A stretch of DNA of 32,000 nt. It comes from an uncultured Methanobacteriaceae archaeon. Its GTDB lineage: Archaea; Methanobacteriota; Methanobacteria; Methanobacteriales; Methanobacteriaceae. Below the pieces are notes generated by a model. It was not told where the DNA came from. It made no database searches and saw only the letters and a list, made by a program, of their open reading frames with translations. The position numbers and the translations under genes were made by a program. Shown piece after piece: positions 1 through 9,186 of the stretch (position 1 is the stretch's first letter; every line of letters starts with the position of its first letter). The stretch spans positions 278,398 through 310,397 of the forward strand of contig CAWFCP010000017.1 in the NCBI GenBank assembly GCA_963814425.1, given 5' to 3'.

Positions 1-11
1 CCATATCTTCT

Positions 12-644
12 CTATCTTTCCTCATTTGTATCAACGCCATTCAATTCAACTATTTTAGAAGTTAAATCATAGTTATAACGCTTTAAATCATCTCCCGGTC
101 TCCCATAAACCCTTTTAGTTACAAATGCCTTTGCAAAGCCCTTTCGCATTTTTCTGTCTTGTGTTTTCATTGCCCTTATCTTGAAAAGCACGTTTCCAAG
201 TTTAACAACATCTCCAATTGTAAATTCAAATTCCCTGTCAACCTCGACCTTTCTAGAGAATATTCTTCCACCAAAATCAACAGAAATTCCAACACGTGCT
301 GGTGTGTCTATGTATGATGCCCAAATAGTGTCTATGTCCCTAACAGGACACATCATAACCCTTCCACCCTTTTTATTTTCAAGGGATGTTATTTCAGCAG
401 GACGGCCATTTAGATCCAGCACACCCTCAAACTCCAGAAATTCATCTGGGTACAACTTTACAAAGGTTTTATGGGATGATTCATATTCACTTACTACAAC
501 ACGGACTTCAACAGGTTTTTCAACCTCTACAGTCTCTCTGAAAATGGTTCCACATTCATTACATTTCAATAAGAGTTCCTTGGATGTTTTACCCTTGGAT
601 TTCAATATTTCGCAGGATTCTGATCCGCAAACAGTACACTTCAT
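12..644 (-). CDS. Archaeal zinc-finger protein of unknown function (COG1326 / HVO_0476-like)
   Basis: 210-aa ORF with an ATG start. The N-terminus has a CxxC...CxxC zinc ribbon (MKCTVCGSESC...KCNECG), followed by a conserved-looking beta-rich body. A 265-bp AT-rich promoter spacer lies upstream. Family recalled from memory, not searched. Confidence 0.6.
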   Translation of the reverse strand: MKCTVCGSESCEILKSKGKTSKELLLKCNECGTIFRETVEVEKPVEVRVVVSEYESSHKTFVKLYPDEFLEFEGVLDLNGRPAEITSLENKKGGRVMMCPVRDIDTIWASYIDTPARVGISVDFGGRIFSRKVEVDREFEFTIGDVVKLGNVLFKIRAMKTQDRKMRKGFAKAFVTKRVYGRPGDDLKRYNYDLTSKIVELNGVDTNEER

Positions 645-909
645 TTTTTTACATTCCTCAAAATTTTAATTCGTTTAAATATCAAATCTTAAAAATTCTT
701 TTAATCAAGTTTTTACAATTCAATTTAATTAAGTAAAAAATTTTCATCCTAGTATACTATTTGTTTTTAACAGCATATTAATTTCATTAAATAAATTATC
801 AAAAAAAGTATAACATTAAACTTGGTTTTAAAATTTTTAATATTAATATCATCCATAAAAAGTTTTGTTTTAATATTTTAGTATTTATAATTGAATAAAA
901 TTTAATCCT

Positions 910-1410
910 TTAATTTGAAACTTCCTTTTCCTTGGTTTTAAGGTAGTGTTTAACAAGTCCGCCATTGTTCAGTATGTCTATCATGAATTGGTCGAATGGT
1001 TGTATTTCAAATTTCTTACCAGTTGTCATGTTAACTATTATGCCATTTTCTAGGTCAATGGACATGACATCATCATTTTCTGCTTCTACATCTGCTGTTA
1101 TAACCGGTAGTCCCACATTTATTGCGTTTCTGTAGAATATCCTAGCAAAGGATTTTGCAATTATTGCAGAAACACCAGCATGTTTCAGGGCCACAGGGGC
1201 CTGTTCCCGGGATGATCCACATCCAAAGTTCCATCCTGCAACTATTATGTCTCCCTTTTGAACTTTTTCAGCAAATTCAGGGTCTTCAGCTTCCATCACA
1301 TGGGATGCAAGATCGTCAAGACTGAAAGTTCTAAGGTACCTTCCAGCTATTATAACATCTGTGTCTATGCTGTCCCTAAATTTCCAGATCTTTCCCTCTA
1401 TTTTTTCCAT
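910..1410 (-). CDS. hacB: Aconitase-family dehydratase small subunit, LeuD/HacB type; probably the homoaconitase small subunit (coenzyme B / 2-oxoacid elongation)
   Basis: 166-aa ORF with the motifs GCGSSREQA and [17 protein letters not shown]. The substrate loop reads GRYLRT, which I recall as the homoaconitase (MJ1271) signature rather than the YLVY-type loop of isopropylmalate isomerase LeuD. It lies 18 nt downstream of the beta-RFAP synthase gene. Confidence 0.65.
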   Translation of the reverse strand: MEKIEGKIWKFRDSIDTDVIIAGRYLRTFSLDDLASHVMEAEDPEFAEKVQKGDIIVAGWNFGCGSSREQAPVALKHAGVSAIIAKSFARIFYRNAINVGLPVITADVEAENDDVMSIDLENGIIVNMTTGKKFEIQPFDQFMIDILNNGGLVKHYLKTKEKEVSN

Positions 1411-1428
1411 ATTTTCAATCCCTAAAAG

Positions 1429-2430
1429 TTAGTGAATAAGTTTAGCTCCAGTGTTCCTGGCCCGTGTTGTGATAATCTCACCACCAACATCCTTCAATGA
1501 ATCGTTAGCAGCTTTCACTATATCTCTTTCATTGGTATCTGTAACAGCGTAGACAGTTGGTCCAAAACTGCTCATGCCAACACCAGCCGCCCCTGCAAAT
1601 CTTAAATTTTCCATTATTTCGTGTATACGCGGATTTTGAAGTTTATTTTCTATCCTCTTAAACCCTATATCCTGTATACTATTCACAGCACTTCCAAAGG
1701 AGTCCAGATCCGATTCCACCACAGCAGGCATTAATTTCATCAACAAGAGATGTGATAACCTTTCAACCTCATCCAGTGGTATTGGACAGTAATTCTGAAA
1801 TGCATCGACCTCATCTGTCCCTGAAACACCCCGTTCAACGTTGGGTATCAGGAGAATTATCTTCCAGTCATCTGGAAATTCGTACCTAGCTATTATTGGT
1901 GGAGGAGAAGCTTGTGATGCAGATGAAGGCAGAAAGCTTGGTTTTTCAATCCTCTTATGACCACCATCAATAATGAAACCACCATTTTCAAAGGATTCAA
2001 CTCCAATTCCAGATGTTCCTCCCCTTCCAACAATTTTTGCAAGTTCAGAAGTTTTTATATCCTGATTATCCATCATGGACACGAGTTTAGCCACTGCAAG
2101 GGATAACTGAGTACCAGAACCAAGACCAGAATGGGGCGGGTAGACTTCGTCCACTGTGAATTTAAAACCTCCAGGTATCTTAAGGGTGTCCATCACCCGA
2201 AGGGCAGTATTCCTTATCTTAAAAGCATAATCATCTACCAGTCCATCTATAATGCTGGATTTTGTGAATACTGTTTCAATACCCTCATCAACTGCTTTGG
2301 CTTCAAGATGCAACCCTGGTTTTTCTATGGTGAGCCCTACTCCACCATCAATTCTACCGTGGATACCGTTTAGATCTATCAGTGTCAAGTGGAGTCGGGA
2401 TGGAGTTTCTATTATCAATTGAACAACCAA
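1429..2430 (-). CDS. mptG: Beta-ribofuranosylaminobenzene 5'-phosphate (beta-RFAP) synthase, first committed step of methanopterin biosynthesis (GHMP-kinase fold)
   Basis: 333-aa ORF. The N-terminus (IETPSRLHLTLIDLNGIHGRIDGGVG) and the GHMP loop (PPHSGLGSGTQLSLA) match the MJ1427 family as I remember it. The ORF-track start at 2430 is TTG; an alternative TTG at 2418 gives MIIETPSRLH. Confidence 0.8.
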   Translation of the reverse strand: MVVQLIIETPSRLHLTLIDLNGIHGRIDGGVGLTIEKPGLHLEAKAVDEGIETVFTKSSIIDGLVDDYAFKIRNTALRVMDTLKIPGGFKFTVDEVYPPHSGLGSGTQLSLAVAKLVSMMDNQDIKTSELAKIVGRGGTSGIGVESFENGGFIIDGGHKRIEKPSFLPSSASQASPPPIIARYEFPDDWKIILLIPNVERGVSGTDEVDAFQNYCPIPLDEVERLSHLLLMKLMPAVVESDLDSFGSAVNSIQDIGFKRIENKLQNPRIHEIMENLRFAGAAGVGMSSFGPTVYAVTDTNERDIVKAANDSLKDVGGEIITTRARNTGAKLIH

Positions 2431-2452
2431 AATATGTTATTATTAACTTCCA

Positions 2453-3962
2453 TTAATTTTTTTCTTTAGAAATCTCATGGAATGGTTTAGAGAATTTCTT
2501 CTCGATCTCCGACCTATAAATCGTATTCATAGAACAGAATGGTATTATCCTGCCATCGGGCACTGCATAATGTATAACACATCTTCTAACCCTGTCCTGG
2601 TCGAAGTTGAAAGGATCCATGAAGTGCATGCATGAAATAAGCAATGATTTATGATGGAAATCTCCAAGCGATTTGTATGACCTGTCTCTAAAAACAGCAG
2701 TCAATATGCTCCTCAGATCAACAGAATCCGGTGATTTTGACATATCAACTGTTTTTGGAAGTTCAACTGTTGCCCTTGCAACAATCTTTGGCCTTAGCAA
2801 CCAGTCCTCCATCTTCCATATTCTCTGTGCTGTTGGTTAGGAGATTGAAAAACCGGTCAACATCAATAAATTGTGTAATAGGAACCATACCCTCATCATC
2901 AACAAAAACATAGGTAGCAGTACCGCAGTGCGGGTGACAGGTGAATGTAACCTGTGCATCCTTCCCATCTATGGCCTCTATAAACTCTGAAACAGGTGTA
3001 ACACAACTGGCAGGGTAGAAATCTTCAACAGTTACCTGGAAATTTGTTTGTTCTTCCACCATCTTCTCAAAATCTGGAATTGTTACTCGCTGGGCTTCAA
3101 CTTCATGGGCAGGAGTTCTGCCTGCAAATGAAACCGGCTGGAAATTAACTCCCCTTATGATGTCGATGTTATCAGCAGCGTAACGAATTATATCTCCTAT
3201 CTGGTCATGGTTAACTCCCTTTAAAATAGTAGGCACCAGAACCACTCCAAGATCAGCTTTACGGCAGTTTTCAATTGCATCCAGCTTCACGGCAAGTAGA
3301 TTTTTGTTCCTAATTTTCATGTAAGGTTCTTCGGTAATCCCATCAAACTGAAGGTAAACAGTATTCAATCCTGCATCCTTAAGCTCTTGAGCAAGCGATG
3401 GCAGTCTGGCAAGTCTTAAACCATTGGTGGCTATTTGTATGTGGGAAAACCCCTCTTCCTTGGCTAGTTTCACCAATTCGACAATATCCTTACGGACAGT
3501 TGGCTCACCACCCGAATACTGAATAGCAGGTGTAGGAACTGGTCTGTTGTTCCTTAAATTTTGGAGCATAGTCCTTATTTCTTCGTAGCTGGGCTCGTAA
3601 AGAGTTTTTGAAACAGCTGCATTTGCAAAGCATACAGGACACTTCAGGTTGCAGCGGTTGGTAACATCAATCAATCCAAGAACAGTGTGACTCTCGTGTT
3701 CATCACATAGTCCACAGTTCTGTGGGCATTCAGTATCAGCAATTGTCTGAGGATTTTCAATACCTATACCGACCTTCCCATAATCCACTGCCTTCATATA
3801 AACTTCTGAACTGCTCCAGTAAGTATTATTAAATTCTCCGTGCTTACTGCAGGTTTTTTTTATCATTATTTTGTCTTTATCCTCATATACTTCAGCATCT
3901 AATACTGTAAGACATTCGGGACACAGACTCTTGGTATTTTTTATAACCATTATCTCACCCAT
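2453..3962 (-). pseudogene. Radical SAM protein of the MJ0619 / COG1964 family (tetraether lipid synthase Tes/GDGT-MAS type, formerly annotated as a pterin dimethyltransferase), interrupted by a frame change
   Basis: Two ORF pieces, 2763..3962 (399 aa) and 2453..2812 (119 aa), overlap by 50 nt in frames offset by one nucleotide. Joined they give about 500 aa. The N-terminal piece has a rubredoxin-like CPEC...CSKHG, an extra cluster motif CPQNCGLC, the radical SAM motif CNLKCPVCF, and GGEPT. The C-terminal piece has the conserved tail MHFMDPFNFD...CVIHYAVPDGRIIPFCSMN. Confidence 0.75.
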
Positions 3963-4018
3963 AACATTATTTAACTAGTTATTATAATTATTATCTTGTT
4001 TTAAATTGGAGGTAAACT
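3963..4018. promoter_or_regulatory. 56-bp bidirectional promoter spacer between the Tes-type gene (-) and carS (+)
   Basis: The spacer is entirely AT-rich, with a TATA-like TTATTATAATTATTA core usable on both strands. carS has a GGAGGT ribosome-binding site 5 nt before its ATG. The Tes-type gene has no Shine-Dalgarno sequence and may be leaderless. Confidence 0.4.
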
Positions 4019-4537
4019 ATGGACTCAAGTGTAGTCAGTGTAATAAATTTATCAGCATATGCTATATACTTTATGTTACCAGCGTACCTTGCCAACGTTA
4101 CAGCTTTAGCATTTGGTGGTGGAAAACCACTGGATTTTAATCATCAATTTCCTGACGGTGGCAGAATACTTGGAAACGGAGTAACTTGGAGAGGAACCAT
4201 CATTGGAACCCTAATTGGTACTACAGTAGGACTTTTTCAAGGAATAATAAGCGGAAATATAATACAGGGGATTTTACTAGGATTCTGCCTTGGTGGAGGA
4301 GCATTAATAGGTGATGCTTGTGGTAGTTTCATTAAAAGACGATTGAAACTTGAAAGAGGAAAACCCGCCCCGATTTTAGATCAATTAGACTTTGTTGTAG
4401 GTGCACTTGTATTTGCATCCTTAATCGTGGTTATTCCTGTTGAATTAATTGTTGTTATACTCGTGATCAGTGTATTTCTGCACCTTGGAGCCAACATAAT
4501 AGCATATCTCCTGGGCATGAAAAATGTATGGTACTGA
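4019..4537 (+). CDS. carS: CDP-archaeol synthase (CDP-2,3-bis-O-geranylgeranyl-sn-glycerol synthase)
   Basis: 172-aa polytopic membrane ORF. Motifs are GKPLD, GNGVTWRGT and GDACGSFIKRRL...PILDQLDF, typical of the CarS (DUF46) family. There is a strong RBS. Confidence 0.85.
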   Translation: MDSSVVSVINLSAYAIYFMLPAYLANVTALAFGGGKPLDFNHQFPDGGRILGNGVTWRGTIIGTLIGTTVGLFQGIISGNIIQGILLGFCLGGGALIGDACGSFIKRRLKLERGKPAPILDQLDFVVGALVFASLIVVIPVELIVVILVISVFLHLGANIIAYLLGMKNVWY

Positions 4538-4724
4538 TATTTATAATTATAAAATACAATACTATCCTAGATTACAATAATTTTGTTTAAATCCTTTAAT
4601 TTTTTTTATATATTTTCCTTCTGAAATAGAAATGTAGTTTATTCATGGATATTTATAATTGATAAACGAATTGCAATAAATATTGCCATTTTAACCGGGA
4701 CAAATTAGGATTAAATCCCTCCTA

Positions 4725-5411
4725 TTATACGGTTTGAAGTACCTTTACCGATGCATCAAAAAGTCCATAGGTCTTCCAGAATGCTTCCCAGTACCCATAC
4801 CATTCAGGAATTTCATATACAAAAACACCAACCCCCGTAGCGGATATGGGAATTGTTACTCTGTTAATAGAACTGCTCTGGGCATTTTCACTTGTTGACC
4901 TCTGATAATAGTTGAAGTCTGTGAGCAAAGAGTGAACTGCATTTCCGAGTGTTACAGATTTAGAATCCATACTAGGGGTTGCTATGTAAAATCCTTCTCC
5001 GTAACCCTTTTCATGGTCATGACATATAATTACAAGCCCATAATTGGATTTTTTGACGTCAGGAGTTATGTACTGTGCAACCAGTTCTTCCCCATTATTA
5101 CGTCCTATACTGAAATCTGTGGGCTGGTCCAGTACAACAACTTGGTAATGGGTGATCTCTACATTATGTGTCAAGGCATAAAATTTGATGACATACGGAA
5201 CAACTGTAGAGGATAAAGTTTCACGCGGATGCATACCAGTTATCACCGCAATTTTTGAATTAGACTGTCCATAATGGGAGTAAACATCCTTGATAACGTA
5301 ACCTTTGCTTTCGGAACCAAGGGATGAATGTGTGCTCAGATTGGTGAATATTACTATCCCGACAAATATTATTAGAATGGTCAGAAGAATATATCTGTTA
5401 CTTTTATTCAT
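4725..5411 (-). CDS. Hypothetical membrane-anchored (N-terminal TM helix) extracytoplasmic protein; possible zinc hydrolase of the carboxypeptidase-like fold
   Basis: 228-aa ORF with an AAGGTGGTGG RBS. A single N-terminal TM segment (YILLTILIIFVGIVIF) is present. VITGMHPRETLS resembles the GxHxRE zinc motif of M14-like peptidases, and ICHDHE could supply a third ligand. The match is weak. Confidence 0.5.
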   Translation of the reverse strand: MNKSNRYILLTILIIFVGIVIFTNLSTHSSLGSESKGYVIKDVYSHYGQSNSKIAVITGMHPRETLSSTVVPYVIKFYALTHNVEITHYQVVVLDQPTDFSIGRNNGEELVAQYITPDVKKSNYGLVIICHDHEKGYGEGFYIATPSMDSKSVTLGNAVHSLLTDFNYYQRSTSENAQSSSINRVTIPISATGVGVFVYEIPEWYGYWEAFWKTYGLFDASVKVLQTV

Positions 5412-5513
5412 AGAACCACCACCTTAGTTTATATCCATTTCTTTCTCAAATCATTGAAATTTTAAACATGGCAAAAAAATATAGTATTATTTATGGATTT
5501 TCGAAATTTGAGA

Positions 5514-6548
5514 TCAGGACTTATTTCTCAAAAACTGCTCCATTAAAATAGCAGTTCCCACTGCAGGGGCAACTAAACAGTCTTCTTTCTTAAGTATTTC
5601 ATCCATTCCAGTATATTTGAGTCCAGCCACTTCACAGGCCTTAGCACCTATTATGTCCATACCCAGACCTGTTGTCACAACATTTGAGATATTATTACGC
5701 ACTGAAACTTCGAGAAGTGCCTCAGAAATCCTTTCTACTTGTGTTGAATATACATATTCTGCAATGACTATTATTTCATCGGGGTTCAATGTATCCAAAT
5801 CTGCACATACCACCCTTGAAATTCTCCTCATGCATTCTTCAATGGATTTTCCTGCACCATCCATTGTGTCAGATGTGTATTCTTCTTTGCTTATATTTCC
5901 TAGAACCATGTGAATGTCAGCGGTAACTGCAAATAGTTCTGAAGCCACCCTCATCATTAACCCATCGAGGGGTACCTTCTCAACCAGAGCAGCTATATTG
6001 GTTCTTAAAGTACCACTGTAAACAAGTTCTCCTGTTTTAAGTCTTTCAAGGTCTGACCTTCCCATTGCACATTCCTCACCATTTTTTATGGGAATTATAT
6101 CAGTTGTGGTACTTCCTGTATCTATCAATATACAGTTTGCGTCTATTTTAGCTGCCAAAGGTGCTGTTGCAATCCAGTTGGCTGCAGCAGCATTCATAGG
6201 GTCTTTCCGTAGCTCTGAGATATCCATTACACCATTTAATCCAATGAAACCCATCGGAACTTTTTTTGCGAATGTGGCTTCTGATTTCTGGGCAATATCC
6301 AACACTCCTTCTTTTTTCGTTTTGTAAGCATCAACAAGTTCAGCTGTCATGGATACTCCAACAGCTTCGATCTTATCCCTATTCGATCCAAGTATATTAT
6401 TCAGGGCATCTGTAAGCATATCCTTCTTCGTCCACATGGGCAGATAAATAAAAGCCGTTTCTACTGCAACGATGTTACCAGATTCATCAAAATCAACCAC
6501 TGCAACATCTGTATTCGCTCCTCCAATATCAAAACCTGCGATTTTCAT
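5514..6548 (-). CDS. mfnF: Hydantoinase-A-like ASKHA protein of the methanofuran/H4MPT-linked family; probable MfnF (furan-methanamine : gamma-glutamyltyramine condensing enzyme)
   Basis: 344-aa ORF. It has ASKHA phosphate motifs MKIAGFDIGGANTD and IDTGSTTTDI. Its start overlaps the mfnD stop (ATGA at 6545-6548), so the two are translationally coupled. The assignment to the MJ0840 family is from memory. Confidence 0.6.
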   Translation of the reverse strand: MKIAGFDIGGANTDVAVVDFDESGNIVAVETAFIYLPMWTKKDMLTDALNNILGSNRDKIEAVGVSMTAELVDAYKTKKEGVLDIAQKSEATFAKKVPMGFIGLNGVMDISELRKDPMNAAAANWIATAPLAAKIDANCILIDTGSTTTDIIPIKNGEECAMGRSDLERLKTGELVYSGTLRTNIAALVEKVPLDGLMMRVASELFAVTADIHMVLGNISKEEYTSDTMDGAGKSIEECMRRISRVVCADLDTLNPDEIIVIAEYVYSTQVERISEALLEVSVRNNISNVVTTGLGMDIIGAKACEVAGLKYTGMDEILKKEDCLVAPAVGTAILMEQFLRNKS

Positions 6549-7570
6549 TGTAAAACACTAACCCTGAGGGTTTTACCCTCCTTATAAAAATTGGCTGTTC
6601 CATTTATCTTCACTTCAGAGGGCAGTTCTCCATGAACAGCCCCTATAATAGCATCTCCGAGGTTGAAGTTAATTAACCTTCTTAGTGCAACGTAGGGGGT
6701 GGTTAATCTTGAATTGATCTCGACCAAGTGCACTTTCTCCCCATTCAGTATCATATCCACACCAACGTACCCCTTGAGTCCATCAACATATTCAACAGCA
6801 TTTTTTGCTGTTTCCATGGCAATATCCGAGAGTTCATGTTTAAAAGGAACCTTTCCTCCAGTATAATTAATTTCACCATCATTTAAGCGTACATCCTGAA
6901 AATTCAAACTCAATGGAAATGCAGTTTCACCATTACTTAATAGACTGACACTTGCATTTACTCCGGGAACGTAGTCCTGAATCAGGTAGTATGGAAGTTT
7001 GGTAATGGTTTTTATATGGTTTTGAGCCATCTTGAGATCTGCAGCAGATTTCACCACATGGACTCCAGAACACGATACACCATCTGCAGGTTTTGCAATC
7101 CGGGTAATATCTTCATTAAATAGGGATTTTTTATGGTGGATGGATTCTTTTTCATTGAAAAACACCTGTTCTGTTTTTATAACTGGAAATTTACCCTTTA
7201 AAGCATTATACATATCAAATTTATTTGTTGTTATCTTCACAGCATTTGAAGTAGAACCCAAAACTTCAACACCCTGTTTTTCTATAATTCGAGTTAGATC
7301 ATGCAAAAGGTTGTCCTCCTCTGGCGCTACAGGCAGACATGCATCGTAATCCTTGATATTGCTATGGAGCCATTCCTTTAAATCTCCTTGAACAGAAATT
7401 TTCCTTGAATAGCTGGATTTAATGGTTTCATACCCATTTGGAATCAGATGGTAGGTTTCGTATTCTTTCAGATCCTCTAAAAGTCCGTAAAGCATTGCAT
7501 GACCTTCTGCAGTAATAGATGGATCTTCCACACCCATTGCCGTTGCAAACTCAAAAACAAGTAGTTTCAT
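6545..7570 (-). CDS. mfnD: ATP-grasp ligase, probable tyramine--L-glutamate ligase of methanofuran biosynthesis
   Basis: ATP-grasp_3-like body (GVDMILNGEKVHLVEINSRLTTPY). The ATG at 7570 is preceded by GGAGAAGGAAGGA. The ORF-track start at 7585 is a TTG upstream of that RBS. Confidence 0.6.
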   Translation of the reverse strand: MKLLVFEFATAMGVEDPSITAEGHAMLYGLLEDLKEYETYHLIPNGYETIKSSYSRKISVQGDLKEWLHSNIKDYDACLPVAPEEDNLLHDLTRIIEKQGVEVLGSTSNAVKITTNKFDMYNALKGKFPVIKTEQVFFNEKESIHHKKSLFNEDITRIAKPADGVSCSGVHVVKSAADLKMAQNHIKTITKLPYYLIQDYVPGVNASVSLLSNGETAFPLSLNFQDVRLNDGEINYTGGKVPFKHELSDIAMETAKNAVEYVDGLKGYVGVDMILNGEKVHLVEINSRLTTPYVALRRLINFNLGDAIIGAVHGELPSEVKINGTANFYKEGKTLRVSVLQ

Positions 7571-7711
7571 TCCTTCCTTCTCCAAATTATAAAATTAATT
7601 AGTGAAAAATCCCATAATTCTTCTGTTTTTCATCTTGGAGTATAACTAAATAAACCTTTGCATGCGGAAAAAAATTATTTTAAGTATCATATATTTATGA
7701 TTAAAGGCTTT

Positions 7712-9025
7712 TCATGATCTGAATTTGTTTAAAATGATCCTTTTATTGTTAAGGTTGAGATCAGGGTAAGGGAACATGGTTTCGTTTCCTTGGAATACTA
7801 TTTTGACTATTGAACCTGGATTTGATGATTCGTATTCTGCTACCGATATATCTTCCTTAATTTTTAAAAGCTCCCTTACATTTTGTCCCATTATCTGTTC
7901 AGGTGCAGCAATTTCAAATTCATCCTTCTCAAAAGCATGTATAACCGCATTTAATATATTTTCTGAGGATTTTCCGTCTCCATACGGATTTACTGCATTT
8001 TTCATTCCATTGTAAAACTTAATATCATTCATTATCTGATTTACTGCACCTATTATCTTCTCCTTTTCTGCACCTACCAGTATGTTTCCACCTGCTGCCA
8101 CTGTTTCGGGCCTCTCTGTATTGTACCTTAAAGTAATACAAGGCACGTTGAGTGTTATAGCTTCCTCCTGCAAACCTCCAGAGTCGGTCATTACAAATTT
8201 TGATCTAGAGATGAGTAAAAGAAAGTCAAGATATCCTATAGGCTTGGTGAGTTTGATATGCTGAGCATCCTCGAGTTTTTTGTAAAATCCAAATTTTTTC
8301 AGTGTTTTAACTGTTCTTGGATGAACAGGAAAGATTACCGTGAGATCATCCCTCTCTAAGATTGCCTCAACAATGTTCCCCAGTCTCTCAGAATTGTCCA
8401 CATTTTCGGCCCTGTGTACTGTTAGAGTTACCAAATCTCCCTCAACTTCCAGTTCAGATAGAATATTTGATTGCCTTTCTGCAATTTTAAGATGTCTTAT
8501 ACATGCATCAACAACAGTGTTACCCGTTACGAAGATTTCATGAGGATTTACATTTTCAAAGAGAAGATTCATGGCTGATTCTTCAGTAGGTACAAAGAAC
8601 ATGGTTGAACAAATATCTGCTATCTGCCTGTTAATCTCTTCAGGCATGGTTTTATCGTAGGATCTTAATCCTGCCTCAACATGACCCACAGCAATGTGAA
8701 GCTTGGATGCTGCAAGGGCGCCGGCAAGTACAGCATTGGTATCGCCCTGAACCAATACAAAATCTGGTTTTTCAGCCATTAAAACCTCCTCAAGACTCTC
8801 TACCATCTTTGCAGTTTGTTTTCCATGGGAATTTGAACCAACCCCTATGTTGAAGTCTGGTTTTTTGACTTCAAGATCTAATAAGAACTGTTGTGACATT
8901 TCATGGTCGTAATGCTGGCCAGTGTGGATTAAAATATTATCTATTCCTCTTTTTTCAATTTGATCCAGTACAGGAGCCATTTTAATTATCTCAGGCCTTG
9001 TGCCTAATATTGTTGCAATTTTCAT
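7712..9025 (-). CDS. wecB: UDP-N-acetylglucosamine 2-epimerase (non-hydrolysing) with an extra ~70-aa C-terminal tail
   Basis: [39 protein letters not shown] and [10 protein letters not shown] are classic WecB/MnaA motifs. The ATG at 9025 is preceded by GGATGA; the ORF also opens at 9034. Confidence 0.85.
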   Translation of the reverse strand: MKIATILGTRPEIIKMAPVLDQIEKRGIDNILIHTGQHYDHEMSQQFLLDLEVKKPDFNIGVGSNSHGKQTAKMVESLEEVLMAEKPDFVLVQGDTNAVLAGALAASKLHIAVGHVEAGLRSYDKTMPEEINRQIADICSTMFFVPTEESAMNLLFENVNPHEIFVTGNTVVDACIRHLKIAERQSNILSELEVEGDLVTLTVHRAENVDNSERLGNIVEAILERDDLTVIFPVHPRTVKTLKKFGFYKKLEDAQHIKLTKPIGYLDFLLLISRSKFVMTDSGGLQEEAITLNVPCITLRYNTERPETVAAGGNILVGAEKEKIIGAVNQIMNDIKFYNGMKNAVNPYGDGKSSENILNAVIHAFEKDEFEIAAPEQIMGQNVRELLKIKEDISVAEYESSNPGSIVKIVFQGNETMFPYPDLNLNNKRIILNKFRS

Positions 9026-9186
9026 GAGTATCATCCATTTATTAAATATTTAAATGTTTTTTTATATGTAAAAAAATGATCTGGTTTAATATATAGCCTA
9101 TTTTTTGATTATAATGAGATTTATATTTATACCATTCATATTAACGAATTAAACTCATAAATATCTTGATACAAAAAAAAATAGTT

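Noticed and set aside
181-669. Long antisense ORFs lie inside well-supported genes: 181..669, 14163..14702, 22750..23160, 20290..20751, 30341..30808, 30667..31068, 24902..25261 and 25958..26311.
   Set aside because: Each lies entirely opposite a gene with clear family motifs. Their products are low-complexity and S/T/L/F-rich with no recognizable motifs, and they have no RBS or promoter of their own. They are typical shadow ORFs produced by codon periodicity.
2763-2812. Programmed recoding (selenocysteine, pyrrolysine or a programmed frameshift) as an explanation for the split genes.
   Set aside because: The interruptions are frame changes, not in-frame TGA/TAG codons. I see no slippery heptamer with a downstream structure. 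Two of the three sites are plain homopolymers, which favours indels or base-calling errors.
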